A stretch of 64,000 bases of DNA from Planctomycetota bacterium (GCA_038213805.1 JBBQSO010000004.1:52337-116336), one strand, 5' to 3'. Shown: positions 36,242 through 46,869, counted from the stretch's first letter. Numbers and translations: made by a program. The notes: generated from the letters alone by a model not told the origin.

Positions 36242-38119
36242 TCAAGCTCTCGGTTGCGGATCGCGATAGGCATGGGGCTGCCATGGCCCCCATTTTTTCT
36301 CGTAAATAGCTCGATTGTTCTCGAAGAGCGCCTTCTTCCTCGCGGCGGCGAGCTGGTTGAAACTCGCGGACAGTTCGTGGTGGATGAAGACATCATCGGC
36401 CACGGCGACCTTAAATCCGGCTGCGCGCACGCGGTTGCAGTAGTCGTCGTCCTCGAACATGCCGATTCCGAACGCCTCGTCGAGCGATCCGACCTGTTCG
36501 AAGACCCGGCGCGAGAACATCACGCAGAAGAATGCCGCGGAGCGCACGGGAATTGCCTGGCCACGGCGCGCTTCGACGTAACGCCGGGAGCGGGTCAGCA
36601 TCTCGTCCATGCCGTGGTAGACGATGTCGAGTTTGGCCTCGTTGCCGATGTTGTTCGTCACCGGACCGAGCAGCCCGAGGCCGGGATCGCGGTCGAAATG
36701 CCTGAGCAGGTCGATGATCCACGAGGTCGTCACGTGCGTGTCGTTGTTGAGTAGGACCAGGTAGTCGCCCGTCGCCTTCGCCAAGCCGACGTTGTTGCCC
36801 GCGGCGAATCCGACATTGGTGTCGTTCAGGATGATATAGGTGGCGGGGTTGCTCCTCCCCCATTCGGTGAGCCAAGCCGGTGACCCATCGCTCGAGGCAT
36901 TGTCGACCACGATCAGCTCGAGGTCGGGATAGTGCGACAGCGCCGTGATGCTGGCCAGGCAGCGCTTGGTGAGTTCGAGATTGTTGTAGGTCAGGACGAT
37001 GACGCTGACCCTGGGCATCCTGCTTCGGATCGCCTTGAGGAGATCCAAGGAGCGATTAGCCCAGGTCTGCTTGCGGGCCCATGCGCACCGGCGCGCCGCG
37101 AGAGCGGCATCGCCGATCTCGTCGAGGGCGGCCCCCAGGGCGCGCTCGAAGGAGACTGGGTCGGCGCCAATGTGGACGAGGCCCGGCTCGGATTGGGCGA
37201 CTAGGGCGACCTCCGGCATAGCGGTCCCCACGAATGGCTTTCCGGCCGCGAGGTACTCGTACATCTTCACCGGATTGGTGTAGAGGATCAGTTCGGTGAG
37301 TTGGAACGGTATCATGCACACGTCGAAGCCGTGCACGTACCGGGGCAGCTCCTGGTACGGGACCTCGCCGGTCATCAGGACATTCGGCAGCCCTTCCACC
37401 GCGGCGGTCTCGCAGCCGTGCGTCGAACCGATCAGGACGAAGGTCCAGCCGGGATTTCTCCTCGCGCAGTGCGCGACCAGGGGCATGTCATACCAGTGCG
37501 AGATCGCTCCGAAGTAGCCGATCACCGGGCCCGGGGCGAAACGGACGATCTCTGCGGGCCTGACGGCGAAGTGCTCGACGTCGCAGGCGTTGCGTACCAG
37601 CTCGCTCGCGCGCAGCTTGGCGACCACCTCGCGCAGCCCCGCCGAGGTCGTGATGACCAGGTCCGCCTCCCGGATCAGGTGATCCTCCTGGTCGAGCATC
37701 GCCTTCTCGTTGTTGAGGAAGCCCGGATGGTAGTCCATGCAGTCGTAAACGGTGAAGTTGCCCTGCCAGCCGCAGACCGCCTCGCGCCAGAACGGGAGGT
37801 CGATGATGGAGACGACCGTCCTGAGTCCGCATTCGCGGCGCAGGCGGTCGAGCGATTCGCGTAGAGCGAGGATCTGCTCTGGACTGGGAATCTGCTTGTA
37901 CACGGAGGGATGCGGCAGGGGGCAGCTGAGGGAGATCAGGAACACGTTGGAGCTCGGCGATTCCCAGAAGAGGTAGGGCCGGCCCTCGGCCGGGTCGACG
38001 AACTCGATGGTCAGGTAAAAGACCCGCGAGCCGAGCCGGCCGAGCTCTGCGGCCAGCTGCTGGGGCCGCTGGAAGCGGAAATGCCAGTTGATGACCGGGA
38101 AGACCACTACGTCAAACAT
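36242..38119 (-). CDS. Bifunctional glycosyltransferase (GT4 TuaH-like + GT2)
   Basis: QRPQQLA, YDCMDYH, NPVKMYEYLAAGKP; then IVLTYNN, VDNASSD, NVGFAAGNN, LNNDT, FEDDDYC. Confidence 0.9.
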   Translation of the reverse strand: MFDVVVFPVINWHFRFQRPQQLAAELGRLGSRVFYLTIEFVDPAEGRPYLFWESPSSNVFLISLSCPLPHPSVYKQIPSPEQILALRESLDRLRRECGLRTVVSIIDLPFWREAVCGWQGNFTVYDCMDYHPGFLNNEKAMLDQEDHLIREADLVITTSAGLREVVAKLRASELVRNACDVEHFAVRPAEIVRFAPGPVIGYFGAISHWYDMPLVAHCARRNPGWTFVLIGSTHGCETAAVEGLPNVLMTGEVPYQELPRYVHGFDVCMIPFQLTELILYTNPVKMYEYLAAGKPFVGTAMPEVALVAQSEPGLVHIGADPVSFERALGAALDEIGDAALAARRCAWARKQTWANRSLDLLKAIRSRMPRVSVIVLTYNNLELTKRCLASITALSHYPDLELIVVDNASSDGSPAWLTEWGRSNPATYIILNDTNVGFAAGNNVGLAKATGDYLVLLNNDTHVTTSWIIDLLRHFDRDPGLGLLGPVTNNIGNEAKLDIVYHGMDEMLTRSRRYVEARRGQAIPVRSAAFFCVMFSRRVFEQVGSLDEAFGIGMFEDDDYCNRVRAAGFKVAVADDVFIHHELSASFNQLAAARKKALFENNRAIYEKKWGPWQPHAYRDPQPRA

Positions 38120-41100
38120 GCGCGGGTTCTCCGCTGGCGATGGCCTGGGCGCGGACGCCATCGCTGATCTCCTCGGAAGGCCAGACCGCGAGGCGGCTGA
38201 GCAGGCCGGTAAGCTGCGCTCTGGCCGCGTCCGGGCTCCAGTGGGTACGTGCGAAGGTCAGGCAGGCGGCCGACATGCGCGTCCAGCGGGCATCATCGCC
38301 GAGCAAGGACGCGATCGCCTGCGCGAACTCCTCTGGGCTCGTGGCGGTCACGACTTCCTGGGCACTGAGGTCCATGCCTTCAGCCGCCACCGGCGACACC
38401 ACCACGGGTACGCCATGCGCGATCGAGGTCGCCACCTTCCCCTTGAACCCTGCACCCCAACGCAGCGGTGCGACCGTGGCGCGGACGCCAGCCAGCAAGG
38501 CGGCGAGATCCGGGACATGGCCCAGCACACGGATGCCGCCGCCGGCCAGCGACTCGATGTGGGGTGGTGGGTCGGCGCCGACGATGGACAACTCGGCGTC
38601 CGGCAGACGTGCGCGCACCAGCGGCCAGATGCTACTGGCCAGGTGGATCACCGCATCGATGTTGGGGCGGTGGGCGAAGCTGCCGATGAAAGCCAGCCCG
38701 CGGCGCCGGGTGATGGCCGGCACCGTGGTGGGAACGCGGACGATCCAGGGCAGCAGCGCCACCGTCGACTTAGGCGAGTGCGTGAGCAACAGGGTGCGTT
38801 CGTAGGAGCTGTGGATAACGGTCGCCGCCGCGGTCGAAATGACGCTCAACTCCTCGCCCTGCTCGCGCTTGGCCCTGGCCGCCGCCGCCGCATCGCCGGT
38901 GATCTCGGCTTCGCGGCTGCTGCGCAACCAGTGGAGATCGGCCGGGATGAAGAGACGTTTCGCGTGCGGGGCGTGGCAGGTCACATCACCGAGCACGCTT
39001 AGCGCGACGTGGTGGCGGACCATGGCGATCACCTCGAACCGGTTCCCCTGCGATGTGAGCAGCGCCCGCACATCGGGAACGTGCGGCGGTTCCATGACCT
39101 CGATGCCGGCACGTCGGAGGGCGAGGGCGGCGGGGGAGCCGGGAGTGCCGGCAGCGAGGGCGACGAAGCAGACGTGGTAGCCCAGCATGCGGAAGGCGAG
39201 CATGAACTCGCTCAGGAACGCGGACCCCGCGTCCCGGTCGGGTGTCGGCAGCTGGTGATCGATGACCAGCAGCCGGCGCGCGATTCTGGCGCGGCCCGTG
39301 CCGCTTGTGGTAGCCGTTCCGGGGAGCCGGTGCGCCTGCAGCACCGCCGACCAGTGCGCCGCGAAGATCGTGCGGTTGCGCTCTTGGAGGTCCTTGATGC
39401 CGCGCCCGGGCGCATCCCCACACGAGGCTCCGCCGTGGTGGTAGACGGTGGACAGCGGCTGGTAGACGACAGTGCGACCCGCGGCGCGGATCCTGAAGGC
39501 GAGGTCGGTGTCCTCGTAGAAGGCGGGCGCGAAGCGTTCGTCGAACCCACCGAGCGCCCGGAAGAGCGCTGCGTCGACGAGCAGGCACGCGGCGGAGCAG
39601 TAGTCGACCTCGCGGAGGTGAGCGAACTGAGGAGACTCTGGATCGCAGTGCATGCCCCAGTTGGTGGCGGAACCGTCCCTCCATACCAGGCTGCCAGCTT
39701 CCTGCAGCCTGCCGTCGGGGAAGACCAGCCTGGCTCCAACCGCGCCGATGCGCTGGTCGCCCAGCGCGGTGGCGACCAACTCAGTGAGCCATCCCGGGGT
39801 GACCTGGGTGTCATTATTCAGCAGGCAGATCCACCGGCCCCTGGCCCGATGCGCCGCCAGGTTGCAGTTGCGCAGGAAGCCGAGGTTGGTCTCGGACCTC
39901 ACCACCGTGAGGTCCGCGATCGCGCCGGCCTCGAAGTGCGTAGCGTCGTTGCTGGCATCGTCGGCCAGGATGATCTCGAAGGTGATCCCTGTGGTCCATT
40001 CGGAGATGCTGCGCAGGCAGGCGGCGGTCAGCGCCCAGTTGTTGTAGACCGGGATGATAATGCTTACCTCGACTGACGGGGAATGCGACAGCGTCATGTC
40101 GGACGCGCTGGGGCCGGGGGACGCGGGTGCGGGTACGGGCGGCGGGCGTACCGGTTGGAATCCCCCTGGCGCGGGCATTGCGGCGGGCGAACGCGCGATC
40201 GCCGGAGCGTGGCGGCGGAGAATTTCGCCGTGCAGCTGCTGGAAGCGCATCCACGCTTCGGCCACATCGCCGTGCGCGAGCAAGCGGATGGCGGTGCGCC
40301 ATTTCGTCAGTGGCTGGGCTGCGAGGATGCGCATGGGACTGCGCAGAGCAGTGCCGGTCATCTCGAGCATCATCCGCGCGCGGGAACCGCGCGGCGCCAC
40401 GCGCGCCGCCCAGGTGCGCGGAGCACGCGGGCGTTCGGCAAGCCGTTGCGCGTGCCAGCGCTGATCGAGCCCATTCGCGAGCCAGCCCAAGTCACCGCGC
40501 AACAGGCACCACCCGCCCCGTAACGGGTGCCGGAGCAGCGTAAAAAGCGCCTTGGCCAGCAAGCGGCGTCGCGAACCGGTCGGGACCACCCGGTCGCGCA
40601 GCCGCCAGTAGCAGGCGATCATGCGGTAGCCGTGCCCGCCCTGAATGCGCTGCAGCTCTCTGGTCAGCAGGGCGTACTCGCCCTTGGTCTGCCCGGCCTC
40701 GCTGGTGAGCCGGTATAGCTCCAGCTCACACTTCCTGACCAGGGCCTTCATGTCGATAAGGCCACTGGCCTGCGCATCGTCCTGCGCCATGGCGGTCGCG
40801 CCGAGGGGGATCCTGGCTTTTGAGAACGCGGACACGAGCTGCGTGGCGAGGTCGGCGGCGTGGCGTTCGTGGCGGGCTACTGCTTCCAGGGCATCGAGCA
40901 GGCGCTTGTCGGCGGCGAGTATGAGCTCCATTAACCCTTCCGCCTGGGTGGTCATCTGCACCTGCTTCGTGTCCAGTTCGGTGAGGACCCGGGTGATCTC
41001 GAGGTTGCGCTCCCCGAGCCGCTCTTCCAGCTGCTTCCGCTCTGCATCCTGCTCCTGACCCTTGCGTAGAAGCGCCTCGCGCTCGTGGACGAGCCGGCCG

Positions 41101-43436
41101 ATCTCCTGCCTGCGCACCTCCGCCTCCTGGCTCTGAAGGTGGCCGAGGTCGATCCTGGCCTGCAGCTCGGCCTTGAGGCGCGCGATTTCCACGCCCTGCT
41201 CGTGCAGGGACTCGGTCAAGATGGCCGAGCGATTGGCGGCTTCCGTGTTGAGGTGGAGCAGCTGCTTCTGCCGCTCGCCCAAGTTCCGGACCTCTGCATC
41301 GCGCTCATTCACCTCGTTCTGGAGGCGCTGGGTGGCAGTGAGATGCTCCTTTAGCAAGGTCTCGCGCTCGTGGATGCTGGCGGCCAAGCCTGCTTCAAGG
41401 CGTCCACTCGCGAGGAGGTGCTCCCTCAGGAGGTTTTCGCGTTCCTGCAGACTGGTGGCGAGGCTGGCCTGCAAGCCGAGTCGGCAGGCGTGCTCCCCCT
41501 CGCCCCAGGCCAGCAGCTCCACGATCCTCGCGGAGTCGCTGCGTATCGTGGCTTCGTTGGCAGTCAGCCGGGACCTATGGTCGAGGTGCTGGGTATGCTC
41601 CTGCTGCGCCCAGACGGAAACCTCCTCAAGCTTTGCCGACAGTTCGTGGATGGTGGAATCCCTTTCATCGACCGTTTTCTGTAGCTGTTGCCCCCACTCG
41701 CCCATCTCGATCATCTTGGCCGCCAACTGGCCCCGGTCGAGGTGCAGCTGGGCATTGGTCCGTTGCAGGTCCTGTGCCCACGCTGACGCCGACTGGATGG
41801 TCTTCTCCTTCGCGATCAGGGTGTCCTGAAGGGCCGCGTAGCTCATCTCCGGATCGTAGAGCAGGCCATTGATCCTCCCGGGCGGGAGCACGGTGCGACC
41901 TTTGCCGCATATGGCGATGAAAAACAGGTCGTCGATGGCGTTCGGCAGGAGCTCGCCCTGGAGTTGGAACTCTCGCTGACCCGAGTTCCAGATCGTCGAG
42001 AAGGCCATGATTCCCTGGCGGCAGAAGTCAAGAATCCTGAAGGGCTCTAGCAGTTCGCGCAATTCGCCTTCGTCGAGCTCCCTGATGTGGAAGGGATTCA
42101 CCAAGCCTTTCCGCTCGGAATAGTTCTTCCGGTTTGGCGAGCTTATGACGAAAACCCCGTCCTCCTTGAGCACGCGGTGGATCTCGCCTATGAAGCGCCG
42201 CTGTGCGCCTTCATCGATGTGCTCGATGGTCTCGAATGAGACGGCCACATCGAAGTGGGCGTCCGGGAAGGGCAGATGCACGGCTTCGCCGTGGTGGAAA
42301 CGGCAATTCTCGAGCGTGCCATACGTCGTGCTGGCATGCCGGATCGCGGCCGACGAGATGTCCACGCCATCAGCGGACAACGCCCGGGCAGCCATGATCG
42401 CCGTGCCGAACCCCTCACCACAGGCCACATCGAGCACCTTCTTTCCGGCGACGAGCTCCAGCATGGAGCGGTAGCGCAGGACGTGCTCGGCCGCGGTCTC
42501 GGGTCCGAAGTTGGCATTCTCGGGGAGGAAGCGCTCGCCGCTGTAAACCAGATCGACGTCCTCCGTCGACTTGGGATCGCGGGCCGCCAGGAGGGTGGAG
42601 GCGTACTCATAGAGCGCCAGATCGAGAGCGTTCGCCTCGCTGAGCGAGTGGTAGGTCACCTTGCCTACCTCGGCGGCGAAACGTTCGAGACGCTCCTTGA
42701 GCGCCCCCGGCGTGCTCGTCTCGTCTTGGGCTGGGGTTCTCCAGTCGATACCGGTCTCCGCGGCCGCGCACGCAGAGAACGCTTCGAGAGACGCCTCGAT
42801 CCGATCGGCGATGCCGACTGCGGGCAGCTTGTCCAGGAACGCCTTCGCTGAGGTCAGATCCCCTATGTCGGCCATGGCCGGCCGGCCGTTCCCGGGATTA
42901 TGATGGCGGGCCGCCTCCGACAGGCGCAGACACTGCGCGTTGCGCATTCCGAGTGCCGCGACCGCATCGCTCAGGACCCAGGCGCAGAAGCCCTGCAGGC
43001 CGGCATCGAGGACGCACCCTGCAGAAGGTGCGGCATCTGCCGCCTTGAACGCCGCGAAGATCGTCAGGAGCCGGTCCAATGGGTTTTGCAGGAGGACGAT
43101 CGGAAAGCAGCTCCGCCCCGGGGGCAGAACCGGTTCGATGAGCGGCGAGCTGAGCGCGCGGATCCCGGGATCAGCAGCGAGGATGTCCGCGAGCGCCACC
43201 GGCCCGCGGGCTTGCTGCTCGTCAGTGCCGGGGAGAATCCGGTAGGCGCCCTGGTAAGAGGCCCGGAGGAGATCGGAGATCGGTGCGTCCAGGGTGCCGG
43301 GCATCGTAAAATGGATCACGAGCGGTCCCGGGGCACCCATCCCACCCTGCCGCCGGGCGGTGTCGGGATCTGCTTGGAGCTTCGGCCGGGGCGAGCCAGC
43401 AGAGGCCCGTACGGTCCGATTGCGGGGATTCGTCAT
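38112..43436 (-). CDS. 1774-aa multidomain glycan synthesis protein: sulfotransferase-like + methyltransferase + long coiled coil + GT2 + GT4
   Basis: YSGERF..EHVLRY..LDVACGEGFG..SFETIEH; E/Q/L/R-rich heptad region about 41840-40640; IIIPVYN..LNNDT..FYEDTD; PDRDAGS..F.HRPNIDA..GAGFKGK. Confidence 0.9.
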   Translation of the reverse strand: MTNPRNRTVRASAGSPRPKLQADPDTARRQGGMGAPGPLVIHFTMPGTLDAPISDLLRASYQGAYRILPGTDEQQARGPVALADILAADPGIRALSSPLIEPVLPPGRSCFPIVLLQNPLDRLLTIFAAFKAADAAPSAGCVLDAGLQGFCAWVLSDAVAALGMRNAQCLRLSEAARHHNPGNGRPAMADIGDLTSAKAFLDKLPAVGIADRIEASLEAFSACAAAETGIDWRTPAQDETSTPGALKERLERFAAEVGKVTYHSLSEANALDLALYEYASTLLAARDPKSTEDVDLVYSGERFLPENANFGPETAAEHVLRYRSMLELVAGKKVLDVACGEGFGTAIMAARALSADGVDISSAAIRHASTTYGTLENCRFHHGEAVHLPFPDAHFDVAVSFETIEHIDEGAQRRFIGEIHRVLKEDGVFVISSPNRKNYSERKGLVNPFHIRELDEGELRELLEPFRILDFCRQGIMAFSTIWNSGQREFQLQGELLPNAIDDLFFIAICGKGRTVLPPGRINGLLYDPEMSYAALQDTLIAKEKTIQSASAWAQDLQRTNAQLHLDRGQLAAKMIEMGEWGQQLQKTVDERDSTIHELSAKLEEVSVWAQQEHTQHLDHRSRLTANEATIRSDSARIVELLAWGEGEHACRLGLQASLATSLQERENLLREHLLASGRLEAGLAASIHERETLLKEHLTATQRLQNEVNERDAEVRNLGERQKQLLHLNTEAANRSAILTESLHEQGVEIARLKAELQARIDLGHLQSQEAEVRRQEIGRLVHEREALLRKGQEQDAERKQLEERLGERNLEITRVLTELDTKQVQMTTQAEGLMELILAADKRLLDALEAVARHERHAADLATQLVSAFSKARIPLGATAMAQDDAQASGLIDMKALVRKCELELYRLTSEAGQTKGEYALLTRELQRIQGGHGYRMIACYWRLRDRVVPTGSRRRLLAKALFTLLRHPLRGGWCLLRGDLGWLANGLDQRWHAQRLAERPRAPRTWAARVAPRGSRARMMLEMTGTALRSPMRILAAQPLTKWRTAIRLLAHGDVAEAWMRFQQLHGEILRRHAPAIARSPAAMPAPGGFQPVRPPPVPAPASPGPSASDMTLSHSPSVEVSIIIPVYNNWALTAACLRSISEWTTGITFEIILADDASNDATHFEAGAIADLTVVRSETNLGFLRNCNLAAHRARGRWICLLNNDTQVTPGWLTELVATALGDQRIGAVGARLVFPDGRLQEAGSLVWRDGSATNWGMHCDPESPQFAHLREVDYCSAACLLVDAALFRALGGFDERFAPAFYEDTDLAFRIRAAGRTVVYQPLSTVYHHGGASCGDAPGRGIKDLQERNRTIFAAHWSAVLQAHRLPGTATTSGTGRARIARRLLVIDHQLPTPDRDAGSAFLSEFMLAFRMLGYHVCFVALAAGTPGSPAALALRRAGIEVMEPPHVPDVRALLTSQGNRFEVIAMVRHHVALSVLGDVTCHAPHAKRLFIPADLHWLRSSREAEITGDAAAAARAKREQGEELSVISTAAATVIHSSYERTLLLTHSPKSTVALLPWIVRVPTTVPAITRRRGLAFIGSFAHRPNIDAVIHLASSIWPLVRARLPDAELSIVGADPPPHIESLAGGGIRVLGHVPDLAALLAGVRATVAPLRWGAGFKGKVATSIAHGVPVVVSPVAAEGMDLSAQEVVTATSPEEFAQAIASLLGDDARWTRMSAACLTFARTHWSPDAARAQLTGLLSRLAVWPSEEISDGVRAQAIASGEPAHV

Positions 43437-44158
43437 CGCGCCATTCCTGACCGCGTGCCGGGTTTAGTCGCGATGAGCGCGAGTCCGGCGGGATATTCAA
43501 TCGAGACCAAGCGGCAGTCGGCGAACCCCGCCGCGAGCACCATCGTCCACACATCAGCGCCGAATTCGTTGTGCACGCGGAAATCCTCGGCCGCCGAGCC
43601 CGGCGCTCCGTGGTATGAGGGCTGCATCCCGGTCCGAGACCGGGTCATGCGACCGACCACGGTGGGCACGGTGAAAATGCAGGTCCCGCCGCCGGTGAGC
43701 ACCCGCAGGCACTCCGCGAGGCCGCGCCCGGGATCAGGCACGTGCTCGAGCACGTCAGAGTGCAAGATGCAGTCGAAGCTGCCGTCACCGAGATCGAGCC
43801 TGCACATGTCGTACTCGGGGTAGCGCGCCAGGAAGTGTCCTGGAAATTTGGCCAGGGCCGGAGTGAGATCACCTGCCGCGTTAAGCTCCAGAAGCCTGAT
43901 CCGCGCCACTGTGGGTGTGGCGGCGGCTTCGCGCAAGGTTCCCGTGAGGCCATGGGCCAGGAGGATCGCGGTCGCCAGGGCCATGGAGCGCAGGTTGTTG
44001 TTGCAGGCCGTGCAATGGAGGCCCTGTTGGCGGTTAATGTAGTCCGCCTCAGCCGGTGCCAGCTGCCATTCCTCGATCAGCCCGGGCCAGAGCACCGGTG
44101 CGTAGGCGAACTCGCTGCCGCCGCAAACCGGGCATGGACCGCTGAAGATGCGGGTCAT
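43433..44158 (-). CDS. Class I SAM methyltransferase with an N-terminal Zn ribbon
   Basis: CPVC...CTAC, SFDCILHSDVLEHVPDP, RVLTGGG. Confidence 0.82.
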   Translation of the reverse strand: MTRIFSGPCPVCGGSEFAYAPVLWPGLIEEWQLAPAEADYINRQQGLHCTACNNNLRSMALATAILLAHGLTGTLREAAATPTVARIRLLELNAAGDLTPALAKFPGHFLARYPEYDMCRLDLGDGSFDCILHSDVLEHVPDPGRGLAECLRVLTGGGTCIFTVPTVVGRMTRSRTGMQPSYHGAPGSAAEDFRVHNEFGADVWTMVLAAGFADCRLVSIEYPAGLALIATKPGTRSGMAR

Positions 44159-45591
44159 AGCACCTCCAATGTGATGCTCTTCATCGGGATTCCGACCAGT
44201 CCGAAGACGTTCGAGCTGACATGGGATTTGATGGTGAGGGCGTCGTGCAGCCAATGGTGTTGAGTGTGGTGCTCCTGGGTTCCGTCGGCGGCGGCGATGG
44301 CAAAGCAGAAGTCCCCGGCCGGGAGGATAGGCATGCGGAATTCGAAGCAGGCCTCGAACGCGGCAGCTGCGGACATTGGCCGCGGCGCATCGCGGTGGCT
44401 CAGGTAGGTGTTGTCACCGAACAAGTACTGGCCCAGCCTGTCCTTGAGTTGGAAGCCGACGATCGGTCTGGTGATCGCTTCCAGAGTCCTGCAGCGGACG
44501 CGCAGGCGCACCAGCTCACCACCGACCGTCCACGAGAGCGGAGTGCCGTCCTCGTCGACGAGGTGGACGGCATCAATGGTCATGAGTCCCTTGCCGAAGT
44601 GGTTTGAATCAGGCCGGAAGCGGAAGACTTCGAGATCGTTGCGCAGGGCAGAGCCGTTGATCATGTCCGCGCGCGCATCGCGATAATCCCCGCTGATAGC
44701 CTTTGCCTTTGGCTTCGGGGCAGAGGACGTGGCGGCCGTGGTGCCGGTGCGCTCTGCGTGGAGGTCCTGCAGGTACTGCTGCGCGACCGCCTTGGGCGAG
44801 TCCAGCATCTTCAAGCGGCCGCCCTCCAGCAGGATGGCCCGGTTGCAGAAGTTGACGACCGCGGCTGTGTCGTGGCTTACGAATAGGACTGTCTTGGTCT
44901 CCATGAGCTTGCGCAGGGCGCGCATGCACTTCTGCACGAAGAACACGTCTCCGACCGAGAGCGCCTCGTCAATGATGAGGATGTCGGGATCCACGTGCAT
45001 GGCGACGGCGAAGGCAAGCCTGACTACCATGCCGCTGGAGTAAGTCTTGACCGGCTGGTCGAGGAACTGGCCGATGTCGGCGAAGTCGACGATGGAGGTG
45101 AACTTCTCGGCGATCTCGTCGGTCCGCAACCCGAGAATGGAGCCGTTGAGGTAGACGTTCTGCCGGCCGGTGAATTCCGGATTGAAGCCGGAACCCAGCT
45201 CAAGCAGCGCGGCGATGCGCCCACTGGTGTGGACGGCGCCCGTACTCGGGCTCAGCGTGCCGCAAATCAGCTGCAGCAGGGAACTCTTTCCGCTTCCGTT
45301 CCGTCCGATGATCCCGAGGCATTCTCCTTTCCGTATCGAGAAGGAGATGTCCTTGAGTGCCCAGAACTCCTTGCCGTAGCCATTCTTCAGGTGGCGTCCC
45401 CAGAGCATCTGTCGGAGACGGTCGGCCGGACAGTCATACATGCGGTACATCTTGCCGAGTGATGCGACCTCGACGGCGACATCCTGTTGGGTGCGGAGCG
45501 TCACGGTCGACGAGGTATCCTCCGGGTCCTGGTCGGCGGGAGCGCCACTGGCTGGCGCGGACGAGGGCTCGACCTTCCTGCTAGATGACAT
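44155..45591 (-). CDS. wzt: Polysaccharide ABC exporter ATP-binding subunit with a C-terminal carbohydrate-binding (Wzt_C) domain
   Basis: GRNGSGKSS, YSSGMVVRLAF, IIDEALSVGD, VSH, plus a C-terminal beta-rich extension. Confidence 0.95.
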   Translation of the reverse strand: MSSSRKVEPSSAPASGAPADQDPEDTSSTVTLRTQQDVAVEVASLGKMYRMYDCPADRLRQMLWGRHLKNGYGKEFWALKDISFSIRKGECLGIIGRNGSGKSSLLQLICGTLSPSTGAVHTSGRIAALLELGSGFNPEFTGRQNVYLNGSILGLRTDEIAEKFTSIVDFADIGQFLDQPVKTYSSGMVVRLAFAVAMHVDPDILIIDEALSVGDVFFVQKCMRALRKLMETKTVLFVSHDTAAVVNFCNRAILLEGGRLKMLDSPKAVAQQYLQDLHAERTGTTAATSSAPKPKAKAISGDYRDARADMINGSALRNDLEVFRFRPDSNHFGKGLMTIDAVHLVDEDGTPLSWTVGGELVRLRVRCRTLEAITRPIVGFQLKDRLGQYLFGDNTYLSHRDAPRPMSAAAAFEACFEFRMPILPAGDFCFAIAAADGTQEHHTQHHWLHDALTIKSHVSSNVFGLVGIPMKSITLEVL

Positions 45592-46423
45592 CCGCGAAAC
45601 CTTTGCGGGTGATCATGAACCAGGCGTTGCCCAGGACGAGGATTCCGGCGCCGACCAGGAAGGTGGCGGCCCACACCGGCCACCCCGGAAGGTCGCCGGT
45701 GATCAGGCAGGCGCGTACGATCTCGATGCTCGGGGTGAGCGGATTGAGCGACATCCACTGGCGGTATTCTGCCGGTACAGCCGAGAGCGGATAGAAGATC
45801 GGCGTGAGGAAGAACAGGATCTGTAGTGCGACGCCGACGACGAAACCCATGTCGCGAAGGTATACACCAAGCGCGGCGAGGAACATGGTGAAGCCCAAGC
45901 CGATCAGCACTAGAGGGAGTATGGCGAACGGAACCAGGACGAACGTCCAGGGAACCCCGCCGACGATGACGACGGAAGCTAGCAAGAGGATGACGCTGGC
46001 AATGGCGGCGTGGAAGGCCGCGGCGCCCACAGCGGTGAGCGGGAGTATCTGCAGCGGGAACACCACCTTCCTGACGAAGTTCGGCGTCGAGGAGATGAGT
46101 GAGGGGGCCCTGCCGACGGGCTCAGCGAAGATTTGAAAGGCGATCTGGCCTGCGAACATGACCAAGGCGAATTCGCCCAGCGAACCGCTGCCGCCAGCGC
46201 TGGGCCAGCGTGACTTGAAGACGATTCCGAAGACGAAGACGTAGACGGTGAGCATGACCACCGGGGTGACCAAGCTCCACAAGAGGCCCAAGAAGCTGCC
46301 TTGATAGCGGCTCTCCACTTCACGACGGGTAAACTGTAAGATAAGATCCCTATGTCGCCAGAAATCGGCGACCATATGTACTGGATTGATGGCATATAGG
46401 ATGCGATGGGCGCGCTCGGTCAT
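45581..46423 (-). CDS. wzm: Polysaccharide ABC exporter permease
   Basis: RYQGSFLGLLW, KVVFP, LRDM, TPIFYP, LNPL, GFADVI. Confidence 0.95.
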   Translation of the reverse strand: MTERAHRILYAINPVHMVADFWRHRDLILQFTRREVESRYQGSFLGLLWSLVTPVVMLTVYVFVFGIVFKSRWPSAGGSGSLGEFALVMFAGQIAFQIFAEPVGRAPSLISSTPNFVRKVVFPLQILPLTAVGAAAFHAAIASVILLLASVVIVGGVPWTFVLVPFAILPLVLIGLGFTMFLAALGVYLRDMGFVVGVALQILFFLTPIFYPLSAVPAEYRQWMSLNPLTPSIEIVRACLITGDLPGWPVWAATFLVGAGILVLGNAWFMITRKGFADVI

Positions 46424-46845
46424 GGCTACCCTCAATCCGACCCGGCACAGCCGGAATCAAGACATCTTACGATGAGCATGCAGGAGGGGTTGCCACAAAC
46501 CGGAGCAAGCCAAGCCGAACCTGATCTCGAACACTCTGGCGGATGGGTGCGGCCACAAGTCAACTTGGCAATCATCATGCTGGAACTGGCCACCGCTGAA
46601 TTCTAGGCATGTGTGCTGCGACAGGATGAACCGTCTGTTGGAGTCCGGGAGTTTGTTCGGGTCCGCGTACCGTTCAATAGGGATTCCTCGTTTGCGTTGG
46701 CCACGTCAGCCCTCCCTGGAATCGGAATTATTGCCACAAGAACAAATACAACAACATCTTGAACGATTTCATCTGCGCCGCGGAGACGCATTGCGCATTT
46801 CCGAAGCCGCTGCCCGCCGAACTCCAGTTCGTCATTCGCGCGGTA

Positions 46846-46869
46846 AATTTACTAGATTAATAGTAAATT
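46846..46869. promoter_or_regulatory. AT-rich palindrome AATTTACTA-N6-TAGTAAATT upstream of wzm; candidate operator
   Basis: Perfect 9-bp arms in a roughly 725-bp low-GC intergenic region. Confidence 0.5.
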
